DNA of 63,891 nt from Pseudovirgaria hyperparasitica (taxonomy: Eukaryota): the NCBI GenBank assembly GCA_010093815.1, contig ML996568.1; one strand, written 5' to 3'. Both the position numbers and the translations under genes were made by a program. Within the stretch, counting starts at the first letter, position 1. The number at the start of each line of letters is the position of its first letter. Below the pieces are notes generated by a model. It made no database searches. It worked only from the letters and a program-made list of their open reading frames with translations, and was not told where the DNA came from. Below are positions 1 to 12,784 of this stretch, in pieces.

Positions 1-1890
1 ATGCCCATCGGGGTCGAACTTAGCTAACCAAGCTTCCCAGCTTGGATGCGAATTTCTGACTTCATCATATGTCGTTATCCTAGCGTCGCGTCAGTTGCGA
101 TGCATTTGAATGTTTTATCGATAGTCCTACACTATATCGTGACTTTCGATAGTATCAATGTCGCAGCCAGATTGCAGAAGCTGCTTTGCGTACGTCATCA
201 CCCGTAAGCCGTATTTTTCAGCAAGTCGCTTAGCTTGTCGATCCATTCTGTCGAAGGCTTTATTGCTGTAGCAGTGTTCCTCGACTTGCTCGCGCCCTGG
301 ACAGTCAATAGATGTCTGCTCGTGTGCGACACGAACTCACAATTTCCCTTTAGGCTCGCTGGGCATACAACTAACGTAGATCTGGTCTGCACTCCCAACG
401 GCTTTCGCCCGTTGACAATGTTAGAAAGGGCCACGATGGTCTTACCCATCCCAGCTGCTAATGCCAGAATTCCTCCGTGCATGGCTCCTGGCTGTGTCTC
501 CCGTTCTCTCATCTCGCCTGCGGCTATCAGCTGGTAGTCTTTCAGCAGGGTCCTCATGCCTTTAATAGCAAAGACGCCACCCTCCCGCATAGAGACACAG
601 CCACGCCCAAAGAAAGATTTCTTCGCTCTCTCGATCATCGCTCTATCTGTGCTTGCTTTCTTGTGATCCTCCAAGTTGAAAGAAGCGAAATAAGCTTTCA
701 TTGACTTCTGCCATTCGATGGGGCGGTCTGTTCGCTGAACACTGTCTCCCTCATCTATCGTCGAATTTGTTATATCCTGCCTCACACGATCTGTGACAGT
801 AATCTCGTATACCTTTAGTGGATCCTGACTTGGGGACTGATGTTCTTCTGACCCCGGTGTATCCCGCCGCGAGGTGGATCCATGCTTATCTATCCAACTG
901 GCCGTGCAGTCAGGTGTAGTGTTCTTTCCCTTGCCCGCGAACATCTCGATGTTCGTTTTCATCATCGAAGGTCTTACTGTGACAGGATCTTTCCCTGCAA
1001 ACTCTCCATCATTACCAGGAGCGGACTTGTTCGTCTTGCGGCGCTTATAATCTCGGCTAGCAAGCACAGCAGTATTTAAACTATGCCACTCTATGATCCT
1101 CTTTCTATCTTGGACGCTTTTCTCGGCATGCAAAGACTGTAGCATTGCTAAGTCATTCTCTGTAAATTCCTTCACACTGCCCTCCTCTCTAGAATCCATG
1201 TGTTAGCTAAATTATGGAGATCCAAAAACAAAATGAACTGACTGTACACCATCCTCTGCGTTCCGAATGTCATTTTGTTGCTTTTTCTTGAGTAACAACA
1301 GCACTTTTCGTCTCTCACTCTCATAGGCTATGTAGTCCTCCAATGAGAGCAATTTGTTGCGCTGTTTCTCATGATAGAATTCCTGCATGACGCGGAACCT
1401 GCATCAACAATGAGACCACTCCTGTAGAATGAATATTATCAACCTTACTCTGTAAGAATCTCATCATCGTTGTCTATTTGCTCGGCATCTGCATCTACCT
1501 CACCAAAAAGCTCAATCTCTAGACTCACGTCTTTACTCTGTGAAGACGGTTCATCCGTGGGACTCTTGGAAGGGGCCTTGAATTGAGCGTGAGACCACTT
1601 ATTTTCTTCAGTAGTCAAGTTTGTATACGGCGATTCTGAAGGCTTGCGCGAAGTCATATTCATTGACCTCTGTCTAGACGAAAATGTCTTCAAGAAGGAA
1701 GAAGAATAATTAGAGTAAGGATTTCCTTGTCGTAAATGTGTAGCTAGAGCTGGTGTGGTGAACAAAGATGTTGCTGTTTGAGCGCTGAAATAGCGATAAG
1801 TTTTAGTTTCGATGTAAATTGACGCAGAGATCTAACGACGGCGAACCAAGAGCATGGGAGTAGATTATTGCGAGAAAAGGCTCACTTCAT
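1..1890 (-). CDS. SNF2-family ATP-dependent helicase (Rad5/Rad16-like), 5' part; the gene runs off the left edge of the window and the start codon is uncertain (1765-1890)
   Basis: ORF 198-1199 has the Q motif LKDYQ, motif I GGILALAAGMGKT and motif Ia TLVVCPASL. Removing GT-AG introns at ~1399-1448, 1189-1242, ~298-340 and ~80-130 gives one frame that continues ..NWREQV..HDIVITTYDEV. Confidence 0.85.
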
Positions 1891-3393
1891 CTGATGAAAG
1901 TTGACTGAACTTGAAATACAAAGCGTGTGAAAGACCCGGAGATTTGCTAATGACGGTTACGAGCAGAAAGAAAGTGGACCAAACTTCAGTCCCAGTCATC
2001 ACCCAATTCCCAAACGAGCAGTTTATAGCTTACTGAATATGTATGGGTTCATGGCTAGTCACAGACTCACCTCACATCACCTGGGTATGTGATTATGAGA
2101 TCTGCCAGGGAACCTTGTTGGTGTATCTCTTTTTAGTTGGATGTTCATGCATGAAGCAAGATATATCTCGTCGTAGACACCTGCAGATGGCCCGCTAACA
2201 TACAAATTCTAGCTTTTACGGTCGTATAACAGTATAGCACCTCTTCCAGCTTTGATCTGACGTGTGAACGCTGGTGCCCATGTAGCCTGTGGGGTGTGGT
2301 CCCTCATTGTGCGGTCTGGAGAGTGCTTCCTTTGTGTTTAACTACTTTGAATTGAGTCGTCACTTTCGCGGACCGTCTTCAATGACGAGCTTACACATGC
2401 TCATGGTGGAGGAGCATCGCGCACCGCAAATAAAGCAGAAGAGCCAGTGGATATTGCCGTAGGAATTGTATGGTCGTGAACGCGGTATTTGCCAGTATCG
2501 TCTCTCAGGCCGCTGGGAAGTCCTCTCATCATTGCTAAGCGGTGCCAATATGCGAAGGCCGTTGTAGTCTGAAGGCGTTCGGACATGTGGAAAGGCAAAA
2601 CCCATAGCACCATTGACATGTCGAGTAGTTACACTTCCGGAAGCTCGAAGAGGTGACTTTTCGTAACTAAATGATAAGAGAGACTGAACGTGATCATGGT
2701 GGCACTTCCTAGTGTATATAGGGGCCGATTATGTGATGGCGGTAGGGACACCGTGAATGTTAGATGTTGGGCACTACCACACCCGCAGGCCGTGTACTTG
2801 CAGACGCTGTTCAGTACCAATCGTCTTTCTGGGTATCAGTGAGGGAACGGGAGCAAGGCCAGTAATGAGTAAGAGCATCCCGCTGACACAGATATTACCC
2901 TGAAAGCTACACACATCTATCACAAGCAACAAGTCTGGGTGATGACGGGTGATGATGAAGAGGTGGAACGCTTGTGTAGATATTCGGCATCTTCAAAGCT
3001 AATAACAGCGCTAACTCGCGCTGAATTCTAATGTGCCATTGCCAATCTCTTTGAGAGCTTAGCTTTCGAGATTTGATTACACGGTGAATCGGATGTTAAT
3101 ATGGAAGTTCCTGAGACCCATGTCATGCTTCTGCTGCGGAGTGAAGTTGAAGTCTGTTTCGTACCGTAGAAAGACACTCTAGGTATACCGAGTGCCAAGT
3201 TTTGTTTCACTGTTGAACATATTCAGCAAACTCGCCAGGTGTTCCCCTATGTTTCTTTTTGGCCTTCGAGGCTTATGAGTTTTTCTTGAGGCTCATATGC
3301 ATGTGGGTTATAGTTCGGAATTGAGCTTGCACTGATGCAAGAACATGTATCGCGGATAAGAAAATCGATCACAGGACACTTGCGGTTGTACCT

Positions 3394-3903
3394 CGGTGAA
3401 TCTGTCTATAAGTTTTTCAGCGCGACTCTTCGCACGTGTTACGTGCATAACATATATATATCCCTATATTCTTAAAACTTATATGTTTTAATAACTCTAG
3501 AACTTAGAATATAGAAGATATTAAAAAGTCGAATATAATTATATCTATATCTTAAAATATATATTAAGTAATCTCTAAATCTTAATAGAATTTAAAGGAA
3601 ATTAAAATAATATCTAACTTAACTACTTTCTTCTTCTCTTCTCTATAGTATCTATTATTATAAATTCTTTCTATATTATTAATTTATTTACTCTTTTATT
3701 CTTCTCTTTTTTAAAACATAGAGTAAGACTTCTATATAGAAGTATATTTAGAAATAATTAAAAAAAAACTTTATAGTCTTGATTCTAGAGTTATTAATGA
3801 AGATATAGATTTTATGAAATAGGATTCTAGGTGGGAAAAAGCGTGTATTACGCACGTAACACGTACTAAGAGTCGCGCTTAAAAAGTTATAGACAAATCC
3901 GCA
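3394..3903. mobile_element. ~510-bp non-autonomous TIR element (MITE-like), RIP-mutated
   Basis: ~50-bp imperfect inverted repeats at 3401-3450 and 3848-3897 (TCTGTCTATAAGTTTTTCAGCGCGACTCTTCGCACGTGTTACGTGCATAA and its reverse complement). The interior is very AT/TpA-rich within GC-balanced DNA. Confidence 0.7.
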
Positions 3904-4193
3904 GTAGGTCTCGGAGTAAGTCCACTCCGGCATAATCGCGATGAGACTAGAGCCGGAACTCACTAACCAATGAATGCACAGTAACACGGCGTCTCCAATT
4001 TGCGCCGATTAGTCCAAGCTATGAGCATTATCTCTTATACATTGCCTTGAAGCCAAGATTTGGAGGCCCAGTCCGTGTCTCCATTGTTACTTTAGACCTT
4101 TTATATCTGTTGGTTTTTCATGTCACTTGGTGTGTATACAACTAAACCTTGCACTTTCACCGCCGCCACAGAAGTCGGTCAGCCGGCAGCGTC

Positions 4194-6991
4194 ATGTTGC
4201 GCAGGAACGGGAAACCAAGTTCTTGCGAGCCATGTCGACGCTCGAAGTTGAAGTACAACTTCCTTGACTTAAACCACTCGGCAGGCTGATCAAATGCCTA
4301 TAGATGTGATAACACTCTACCAATCTGTTTGCGGTGTGAGAGGCGTAAAATCAAAGATAGCGTCCGTTAAGTCAAATGAGCCTGCCAGGTAGGAGATGTT
4401 TAGAGTAAGAGTAGAATTTGACTATGATACAGTGCTACTATCATCCTGCACCCCTCACTAAAGGAAAAAAACCTTCAGACAAAAGCCTGCGACAGCTTAA
4501 ACCAAGGTACGTTTTATACAGTCTACCTGTGTATCTTCTCCCCCCCCCCCCCCCCCTAAAAAAATTGGGAAAAACTTTGTCAACGTCTTTTCGTAAGGTC
4601 TCAGTAAATCTTACTACTTCTGTCTCCTCATCGCTTTTTTTGCTTGTACCTGCCTTCACACATTGCGCATCGTACTTGATGTCTAATGACCGTTCTGCTC
4701 TTGAAACCGTACCAAAGTCTATCTCTTATGCGTGGAACTGTCTTAGCATACCCAGACCATCATCACCAACTTGCCCGGCTGATTATGGATCGTACTTGGC
4801 TCTTTCACCAGCCACTTCACAACGGATGCAGCTCTCCAGCTCCTGTAATTCAGCATACGGCTCCCCAGAATCAGTTTCTCTCAAGCCATTGAGCATTACA
4901 GACTGCATGCTTGGCGCCGACGTGATCCACCGCCTAGCCTGGTCGATCGATGTCATTGAACGTCTCTGTGTAGGATACTATAACTATCCGATCACTTGTT
5001 GTGTTATCAAAAGATTGTTTCTTAATACTTTGAGTGCCGTTCGCAGGGACATCGAGGGCAATTGGAGGGGCAGGAGTCGACATGAAATTGCCTTGCTGAT
5101 ATCCGAGAACACGCGAACACCGCTCCATATTTCTGCCTCGACTTCTGCTTTGGAGGCCCACGAGTTGTGGACTGGTTCCAAATTACGATGGGAGGCCATA
5201 GGTTTGTACTTGCCAATAAGCTTCCGCGGCATCATGGCCATACTAAGTTGGAGCAGGTCTGATTTTTGCTCTAGCCGGGGTGACAGTTTATCTCCTGACA
5301 CAAAAGGCAGTCATAGTGGCTCTTGAAAAGTGCAGGTTGCCCAAAAATCCTTCGTTTAAGGAATTCTCTGAGACAATGGCAACCGCGGGAAACCATTGCC
5401 AAACACTCTACCAGGAGTGCGGGACTCCTAATGACTTAAGTCTTTTGTTCAGCTACATGGACTCATTACATCTTGCCAATCTCCATGGCGATGCAGGTAA
5501 GGCTTTCGCATGGAGCTGATCTGGCGTTGCTCACATTAATAGACCCACTTCTTTGGCGACGTATGGGTGATGTCTCGACCGAGATTTTCACTCTCGGCTT
5601 TTACAATATCTCTGACGACCTTACATCTGTTCCATTTTGGTTGATTGAACAACGTAAACGTGTAATAGCGGCAGCATACAAGAGTGATAAAACTCTGAGC
5701 TCATTTCTTAACAGACCACCAAGAATACCGCGACATTTTTGCACTCCAACGCCGCCACTGGACCTCAGTGATGACGAAATCGTCCTCGAGGGACCAGCCC
5801 TGGGAGCGGCCGTGGCGAGCCTAGACGAGAACGGATGGAGCACAGACGACCGAGTCAAATCAACGTCGTGGGCGAGACTAAAGTTGATCCTGAGTCAGTC
5901 TAGAGAGGAATTGCTTGAGATTTCTTTCCAACAGACTGGTGAAGATCTATCCGATAGACTGAAGTGAGTAACGACGTGATCATCATACCCCTATCTGTTT
6001 CGGAGCCCATACATGTTTCAATCATTTCTGGGCTGTAGTATGATCCTACAGCTGCCAAGCTGTTATCTCTGTGATACTAGATCTGGTAAAGTTCAAAGGC
6101 CCAACAGGTTTAGCATATTACATCCATTGTGGGTGATCACCATGATATTCTCTGCTGGCGCCTCTTTCACTTTTAATTGGGAGCTTCTCTACCACGTACA
6201 AATTTCTCTTCATGATATAGACACTAAAACATCAACAGAACCATAGCCGATGATTTACGCTCTACATGGGAGTCATTGCCAAAGAAGCTTAAAGAGCACG
6301 ATAGCTCATCTCCGAGAAGCGTCGTATACTCCTATTCCACGTCCATCGACTATCGCCACTGCGTATTCGCCACCGAAAGACTGCAGTGCAGAACTGGAAA
6401 CTCATCTCCCTCCTTACTACGTAGTTCTCGTGATTTGCTCAATGAGGTCTTGGCTTTTGCAAAGCATGGCTGTCTAGGAGACGACTTGGAGGTAGAAATA
6501 CTCCGGGACCTGCCATGGTTTGTACGTAGCACTGCATTCATGCCTTGTCATAAACTTAGAACTAACTGATCTAGCTATTATACTTTGGCCTCCCAGCCGC
6601 CGGCGTCCTTTGTGCAGAACTACGAGCGCACACACAGGAGGGAACCCCACTACCCTCCTTCATCTCCCGTACCGAGGTCATTCGGAATCTGTACGTTTTC
6701 GTTTCAACACTGGGCTGGTTCAACAGCCCGGAATACCGCTACACAGACCTTTGCACCGCAGCCAGTGAAAAACTCGGTGACGAGATAGATGAAGTCATTA
6801 ATGCTGCTCTATGTCCTGTCTCATCGCAGGCACACTCGGTAGCATTTGGCGACATAGAAGGAACGACCGCTCTTGGGAATAATGTGCTCAGGCAACATGA
6901 ATCGCAACCTCTGGGCCCGGATGTCTCTTTTCTGGCATGGCTGGACAGCGTAGACTGGAACAATACCATGGCTATGATGCCTACATATTGA
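4194..6991 (+). CDS. Zn(II)2Cys6 fungal transcription factor, multi-exon
   Basis: The spliced N-terminus MLRRNGKPSSCEPCRRSKLKCDNTLPICLRCERRKIKDSCYYHPAP has six Cys. The middle region has ..LRWEAIGLIFALAG.. and ..DPLLWRRMGDVSTEIFTLG... The last exon reads ..FGLPAAGVLCAEL..FLAWLDSVDWNNTMAMMPTY* (TGA 6989-6991). Introns are canonical GT-AG with CTAAC-type branch sites. Confidence 0.85.
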
Positions 6992-7946
6992 AAGTCATCT
7001 TCGAAGTCATCTTCGTAGGAAGGTCTCGCTTGAATCTACGTGAGGATTACCCGCTCATGCATGCGTACATGGCTCATTGACGACTTCTCGCAAGCACGAG
7101 CTTACCGAGTGTGACATGTTATGGCTTCAAAAGTCGACCTGACGATCTAGTTGCCTGAGATGTAGCGGGTTAGGCCCGTGGTCTCTGGGTACAAAGCATG
7201 ATATTTAATAAAGCCATAAGAGGTCCAGCATGTACACCTTCAGCCAATTTCGACTTCAACACTTTACCAGGAAGCTTGGCTTTTGATTGGGCTGGAGCAT
7301 GAGTGCAGGCCATATAGCAGAGAGCCATTATCATTACGCCTGCCGAATCACCACCTACTAATGGTGGGATTTGAGACTATGTCTATGACTTGGATAATTA
7401 TATCCTGCTTCGAATGTACGGCCAATATGTTGCCAAGCTGTGAACTTCGTCAAACGGGCGTATCCAAAATAGCCAGCCACATCATTAACCTCCCACACGC
7501 ATCATTGCAATCTACTTGAGGCGCTAAATACCCGTATGATGCTCATTTTGAGAACAACGAACCTAAGCGCAAAACCTTAGCATCCAATGCGGTTTTATGC
7601 TAATAATGACGAGATTGAACGTAATCGCACGTGCCGCGCTTCCGTCACAGTCCAAGTCTAAACCATTCCGATAGCGTCTAACCGGAATACCTTTCCCTCT
7701 AGGTTTCCCATCAATTATTTTGGTGTCTATAAGATCAAGTCGTATGCGCCATAAAAAAATTTGGTTCAGGAGACGCGGTATGTATGTGTACCACCATGTT
7801 AGTTCAGGTGAACCCAAAGCAAGGTCGATAATGTAGTGCTTCTGTCCTATCGATAACATCCATCTGGATCGCCAGGAGTGAACGTAGTATAATACCACTG
7901 GTAAGAAGTTGTAGACCGGGGTTGGATGCAACTAGCCTACCACGAT

Positions 7947-10292
7947 CTACGTTTCGCAACCATCCATAAGTGTGTTCTTCGGCCATTTGTAGCTAGTCTG
8001 ACTCCAAAGCTGTATAAACATTAATACGAAGGTCATGCAAAGATAATATAGACTTACCGTCTTGTTGATATTGTTGTAGGCCTCTGGGTGATTCGCAATG
8101 TACTCTGTGGTCTCAAACCCAGGCGGATCGCAAGTCACACTTTGGCTCCCCTTTGGTTGGTACCACCGGACATAATCAACACGCATGACTGCGGGGAACA
8201 CAAGATGCTCCCAGTCAATGAAGGCCCAGTTAGTACTCATACCGAAGTTAAGGACCAAAGACATTGGCTCTTCAGCAACGATGCGCTGCCCGGAGTTTCC
8301 GTTTGGACGTACCGCATCAGCATTCATCTTGAAGGTGACGTCATCCCCGATATACCAAGCTATATACGAAGACTCTCCTGATCCTGGTACGTATTCGAAG
8401 GCATACTTCTGGTACTGTTTCCCATCATACCAGTTGTTGTTCAAATTACTTGTGGCGGATACGGCTTGCTGGAATGGACCCCCAGTCCATGTGTTTGGGA
8501 AACTAAGGCTGTAATCAGGGTATTCAAGGTAATCGTAGTCGGCGTAGTAGAAAATATCGAAAGGTGCTACCTGAAAGGACTGAGTCACGACCCCAAGGCC
8601 TCGGCCATTGGTGCTACCCTCTAAAATGTCGATTTCGGGAGCACCTCGACCAGTCCCAGGCGTAGGATGGTCTTCTCCTTTGCATGTACATGAGTTCAAG
8701 CGCTGGCCAGGAAGGCGCGAGGTTCCATCGGCCATAGACTGATTTGGGGTGATACCCGCGTCACAATCGTTGTATGTATAGGGCCACAGACCGTCAGTCG
8801 TGGCCATATACCCAGGTCGCCCAAGGTTACCCATGGCCCACGCACCTGGCCAATATCCCATGACTCCGCCCGGGCCTGGAAGTGAAATGGAGACTTCAAA
8901 AACACCACCCTTAAAGCAGAGCTGATTCCATGTGTTAAGCATTCCAGAACGCAAATTAAGGCCGTGATTCGGAAACTGGTCCATCTGCAGCTCGAGTGTA
9001 CCATCCCACGTGGTCGCCGCGTCCGGATCGTACCATTCCAGATCCATTGTTGCTCCGTACCAGAAATCTGGTGCGAAGAAATAAGGATCATCTCCAGGAT
9101 AGAAGGTACGATTCGGTTCGTTGAACTCATCACTGAACACAAGGATAAGCTCGTCTCCGTTAATATCTGTGCGGGTTTTGGCATCTTCTGGGGTATCCGG
9201 ATCGATGAGTGTGCGGCGCACATTGCTTAATATAGGGTAGGTTTTGTTGTTAACTATCGCCCAGGGTTCGGGTTTTGGATACTCCTCGCCGCGATAAGTA
9301 CTACCCCATGACCATATTCCCCTGTAACTTAAAGCAGGCATGGCAACAAAGACGAACAAGAGACCCGTCAGCATCATAGCTAAGCCTACGGTTGATGCGA
9401 TGTTCTCGCGGCTGAGATGGTCGCGCCAGCTCGGCTTTAGTCTAATATCGTCATCGGCCATGGGCATGTGCATGTCATCGTCGTCTTCCTTTTCGTCATT
9501 GAACAAAGGAAACTTGTAACCGCCGTTATCACTAAAGGGCGCAGCAAGACGATCATCCATCCACGGCGAGAACGACTTCTCATTGTAGAAATCCGTGGAT
9601 ACAAGCTTCGAGGTAGAACTCGCAGCGAGAATTCCAAGACCAGGGGTAACAAGCGGAGTACTAGAAAGAGACAGGCTGCCAGTCGACCGAGCGGCGAGAG
9701 GCGTAGATGCTCCCCCGAGCGAGACCCAGGAGCTTCTTCTGCTATCAGAAAATGGATTGAAATAGCGAGTGTAGTCAGAACCTAAATCTCTCACACTCAT
9801 CGGTGGAGTCGCTTTCAGATAGGGTGACTGTTCCTGGATCGGACCTATACCCGGTCTCCGACTTAAGGGCCTTTCGTGGTGGCCTCGTCGAGACGGTGGA
9901 AGACTGAGCTGGGCGGCTTGTGACTTTGAAATATTTATATAATCGGCAGAACTGCCATCATCGCTACTCCGACTTTCACTGCTACTTCGTACACTATTTC
10001 CAGACTCGGTAGGGCATGGATTATATGCGAACGAATTGATCGGGGGTATAGATTCGGAAGATGAGGGAGAGGAATGTTGATGATCGTGAGGCGCAAGACT
10101 GGTCGAACTTGCGCTTGGAGATGTGGAAGCTGACAGGTGGGGCCGCTGTAGTTCACTCCTGAGACGCGATGAGGCTACTTCAGCGTTCAGACTACTTGCG
10201 GATCGGCCGGATTGAGAATTTAGTCTGTCAGTCGATCGCATGTCTGCATCACTGTCCAATCGCGGAGCTGGGGGTCGCTGAAGAGGAGACAT
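7947..10292 (-). CDS. KRE6: Beta-1,6-glucan synthesis-associated type II membrane protein, KRE6/SKN1 family (GH16)
   Basis: Ser/Pro-rich N-terminus, one TM helix, then LIDPDTP, LVFSDEFN, DLEWYDP, GNLGRPGY and the catalytic GRGAPEIDILE. A 48-nt in-frame intron lies at 8010-8057. Confidence 0.92.
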   Translation of the reverse strand: MSPLQRPPAPRLDSDADMRSTDRLNSQSGRSASSLNAEVASSRLRSELQRPHLSASTSPSASSTSLAPHDHQHSSPSSSESIPPINSFAYNPCPTESGNSVRSSSESRSSDDGSSADYINISKSQAAQLSLPPSRRGHHERPLSRRPGIGPIQEQSPYLKATPPMSVRDLGSDYTRYFNPFSDSRRSSWVSLGGASTPLAARSTGSLSLSSTPLVTPGLGILAASSTSKLVSTDFYNEKSFSPWMDDRLAAPFSDNGGYKFPLFNDEKEDDDDMHMPMADDDIRLKPSWRDHLSRENIASTVGLAMMLTGLLFVFVAMPALSYRGIWSWGSTYRGEEYPKPEPWAIVNNKTYPILSNVRRTLIDPDTPEDAKTRTDINGDELILVFSDEFNEPNRTFYPGDDPYFFAPDFWYGATMDLEWYDPDAATTWDGTLELQMDQFPNHGLNLRSGMLNTWNQLCFKGGVFEVSISLPGPGGVMGYWPGAWAMGNLGRPGYMATTDGLWPYTYNDCDAGITPNQSMADGTSRLPGQRLNSCTCKGEDHPTPGTGRGAPEIDILEGSTNGRGLGVVTQSFQVAPFDIFYYADYDYLEYPDYSLSFPNTWTGGPFQQAVSATSNLNNNWYDGKQYQKYAFEYVPGSGESSYIAWYIGDDVTFKMNADAVRPNGNSGQRIVAEEPMSLVLNFGMSTNWAFIDWEHLVFPAVMRVDYVRWYQPKGSQSVTCDPPGFETTEYIANHPEAYNNINKTVSLYYLCMTFVLMFIQLWSQTSYKWPKNTLMDGCET

Positions 10293-12784
10293 ATTGTTGA
10301 AATATACGGAAAAAAATTTACGACCGGCTTTGAGGTCGCGTTGCGCGAAAATGGGTCGACGTAGTGGAGAAGGGCGAAGTTATGTATCCGGGCAGTTTCG
10401 AGGAGTCGACGGTAAGAAGGGGCGATCTCAGCTGGGTAGGACAACGATGGACAGCTGACGCGTCGAGGGTGGCGGCAGGCGAGTGGAAAAGTAGCGACAG
10501 TGGTCTGAGATGGTTGGGATGGAGTAGGAGATATGTACGCCGATGAGGAAGATTGATGAATTGTAAAGCATGTGTAGGAGCGAAAGACACTGGCATAGTC
10601 GAGAGATAACAAAGAACAGAACGAACGGCACTGATCAGGACACGATCATGGATGAGCGAGGTGGGTGTGGAGGGAGGAGAAGTGGAGGGTGGAGGGTGGA
10701 GGTGGAGAAGGCTATGATGATGAAAGAGAACTGCCACCACAATTAATTAATTATTAGGTAGCTATCTTTTCTCCCCTGCGTGAGATGCCGGTGCCGTCGA
10801 CTCTCATAGGCTACTAGGCCCAACTCAGACTAACGGGCTATCGGCAATACCTGGTCTGTCTTAGCCAGGGAAGGTACGATGGAGCATGGAACCTAGGTAG
10901 CGGTATAAATCGGTCTGAGTAACACCAATTACTTATATCAGGATAGAAGCCATATCATGAAGACTTGAAAAGTGATACAAGCAAGCCATTACGATTGGTG
11001 TAATCAGCAGATATTAGATGATATAAGCAATTTGGAGTTTTGATGTTCTCCGCACGGACCTCGACTTCTTCTTATCGACCTCCATTCCTGGAAAGGCGCA
11101 TCCTGTAGCGCCGTAACAATGTCAACGGTATCGCGGCAAGAAAACGGAAATCGGAAATCGGGAGCCCAGTGCGACCACCCACGCCACCGCAGCGCTCACC
11201 TCACCATCGCAATGATATATATAGGACGCTACTTCAATACATCGTATAGCTCGTTCTCTCCTTCGCAACAGCACGGCTTCTAGGGTCGTCTATGGTCTGT
11301 TTGAGCAGAAGGCCTCTGACTAAAAAAATTGAGCCTAAAGTCGGACGAGAGCGTGGAGAGACTAACGAATCGGGCGGAAGAGCGGGCAGCATAAACGGCA
11401 GACTGGAGTGAGAGCGCAAGAAACTTCGATCGCTCTGTGATAGATTGTATGAATACGATATATAGTCTTCAATATAGATAGATTACGTCGGTCGACTTTT
11501 CAGCTAGCTACCTATTCCCAGGTAGAACCATCCCCAATGGGCAAAAAATCAATATATCGCCCGTAATGGGCGGCTAGAGTGGACCCTCACAATCGTCCAC
11601 ACTAGGAATCACTGTTCAGTCCTGATACCCAAGATAAGTTAACACTTCATCAGGTCAACTGTTATTATCTATTAATTATCATAATGTCCCTCTCGCTTCT
11701 TTCCATCAAATCCTTTCCATCTCTCTCTACGTCTTTAGCTTATACACTCCTATACCTCTATTATACACGTCGACTAATAACACATCATTCATTATCGAAT
11801 GATTGATATTCGTCTCGTTTGAGCTCCAGCTCGAGCTCTGTATCTTCTTACTCACTCTCTCCGACCTAGCGCACATTCATATATGCACCGTGACGGTCCT
11901 AATCTTTAGTCATCAAAAAAGCTCGCTACCTGCTCCTAGGGAAGCCTTACGAGGGTCTAATGCTAATAGGCGGTGTGGCAAGCATTCTTGCTCACCAGAC
12001 ATAGATGCACGCGTCCATCTCCTGACATCTTCTTGATATCCTGCGGGGCCCACTATGTACGTAGTAAAAACAATACTGCGGGTGTCGCGGGCGGCGTGTG
12101 TTGCGCTATAGTGTGGTTCTACCCGGCGTCAAGGATGGAAATTTACTACCTAAGACACACTCAAAATACTCCAACTGGAAGGTACGTACATAGAATACAT
12201 CAAGACCCATCAAGCCAGTCCCAACATCACCATCGCCCATACTGTACTAAGTCAATGAATCAACTGTAGTCTGTTCGTCTGGGCCAGTGTGAGCATAGAT
12301 TATGACGTATCAACGTTTTGAGGTGGATCTTGGTGATTTTATCGCTGCATCTGTTCTCGTTTTCGTCTTCCCAGCAATCTGATTCATGCCTTGTTCCAGT
12401 TCAGGCAGGGGTCGTATGAACAAACGAAACAAAATAAAACTTAGGCAAATGCCGTACCCACTAAGCCAATTTGCCTGATGGATCAGATCATTGTCAAGCC
12501 CAACAAAGTGCGGGAAGGAGTTGACTATCTCACGTGATTAGTTCCACCTCTGGCCCAACGTCACAAGTTTCGTCACAAGTTTCATCAAAGGTCGAGAACG
12601 CGGCGGGTGCTTGATATACCCAGGCGTAGCGCCAAATTTCTTTACCTCAAACACATTAGCATTGCCATATATACTCCAATATGTAAGTAAACCCGGTGAT
12701 ATGACCATCGTCCAGCGAAATGACTTGCAGTAACAACAGTTTCGCTGCTTGCTCTGAAGGTCTCATCAGGCAGTCGATGCATCA

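Noticed and set aside
4539..4556. Poly-C run translated as poly-Pro in ORF 4418-5326
   Set aside because: It lies after a GTACGT donor (~4507), so it is most likely an intronic homopolymer.
8088..10740. Antisense and overlapping short ORFs over KRE6 and its 5' region
   Set aside because: They are shadows of the real CDS or of pyrimidine-rich UTR, with no independent evidence.
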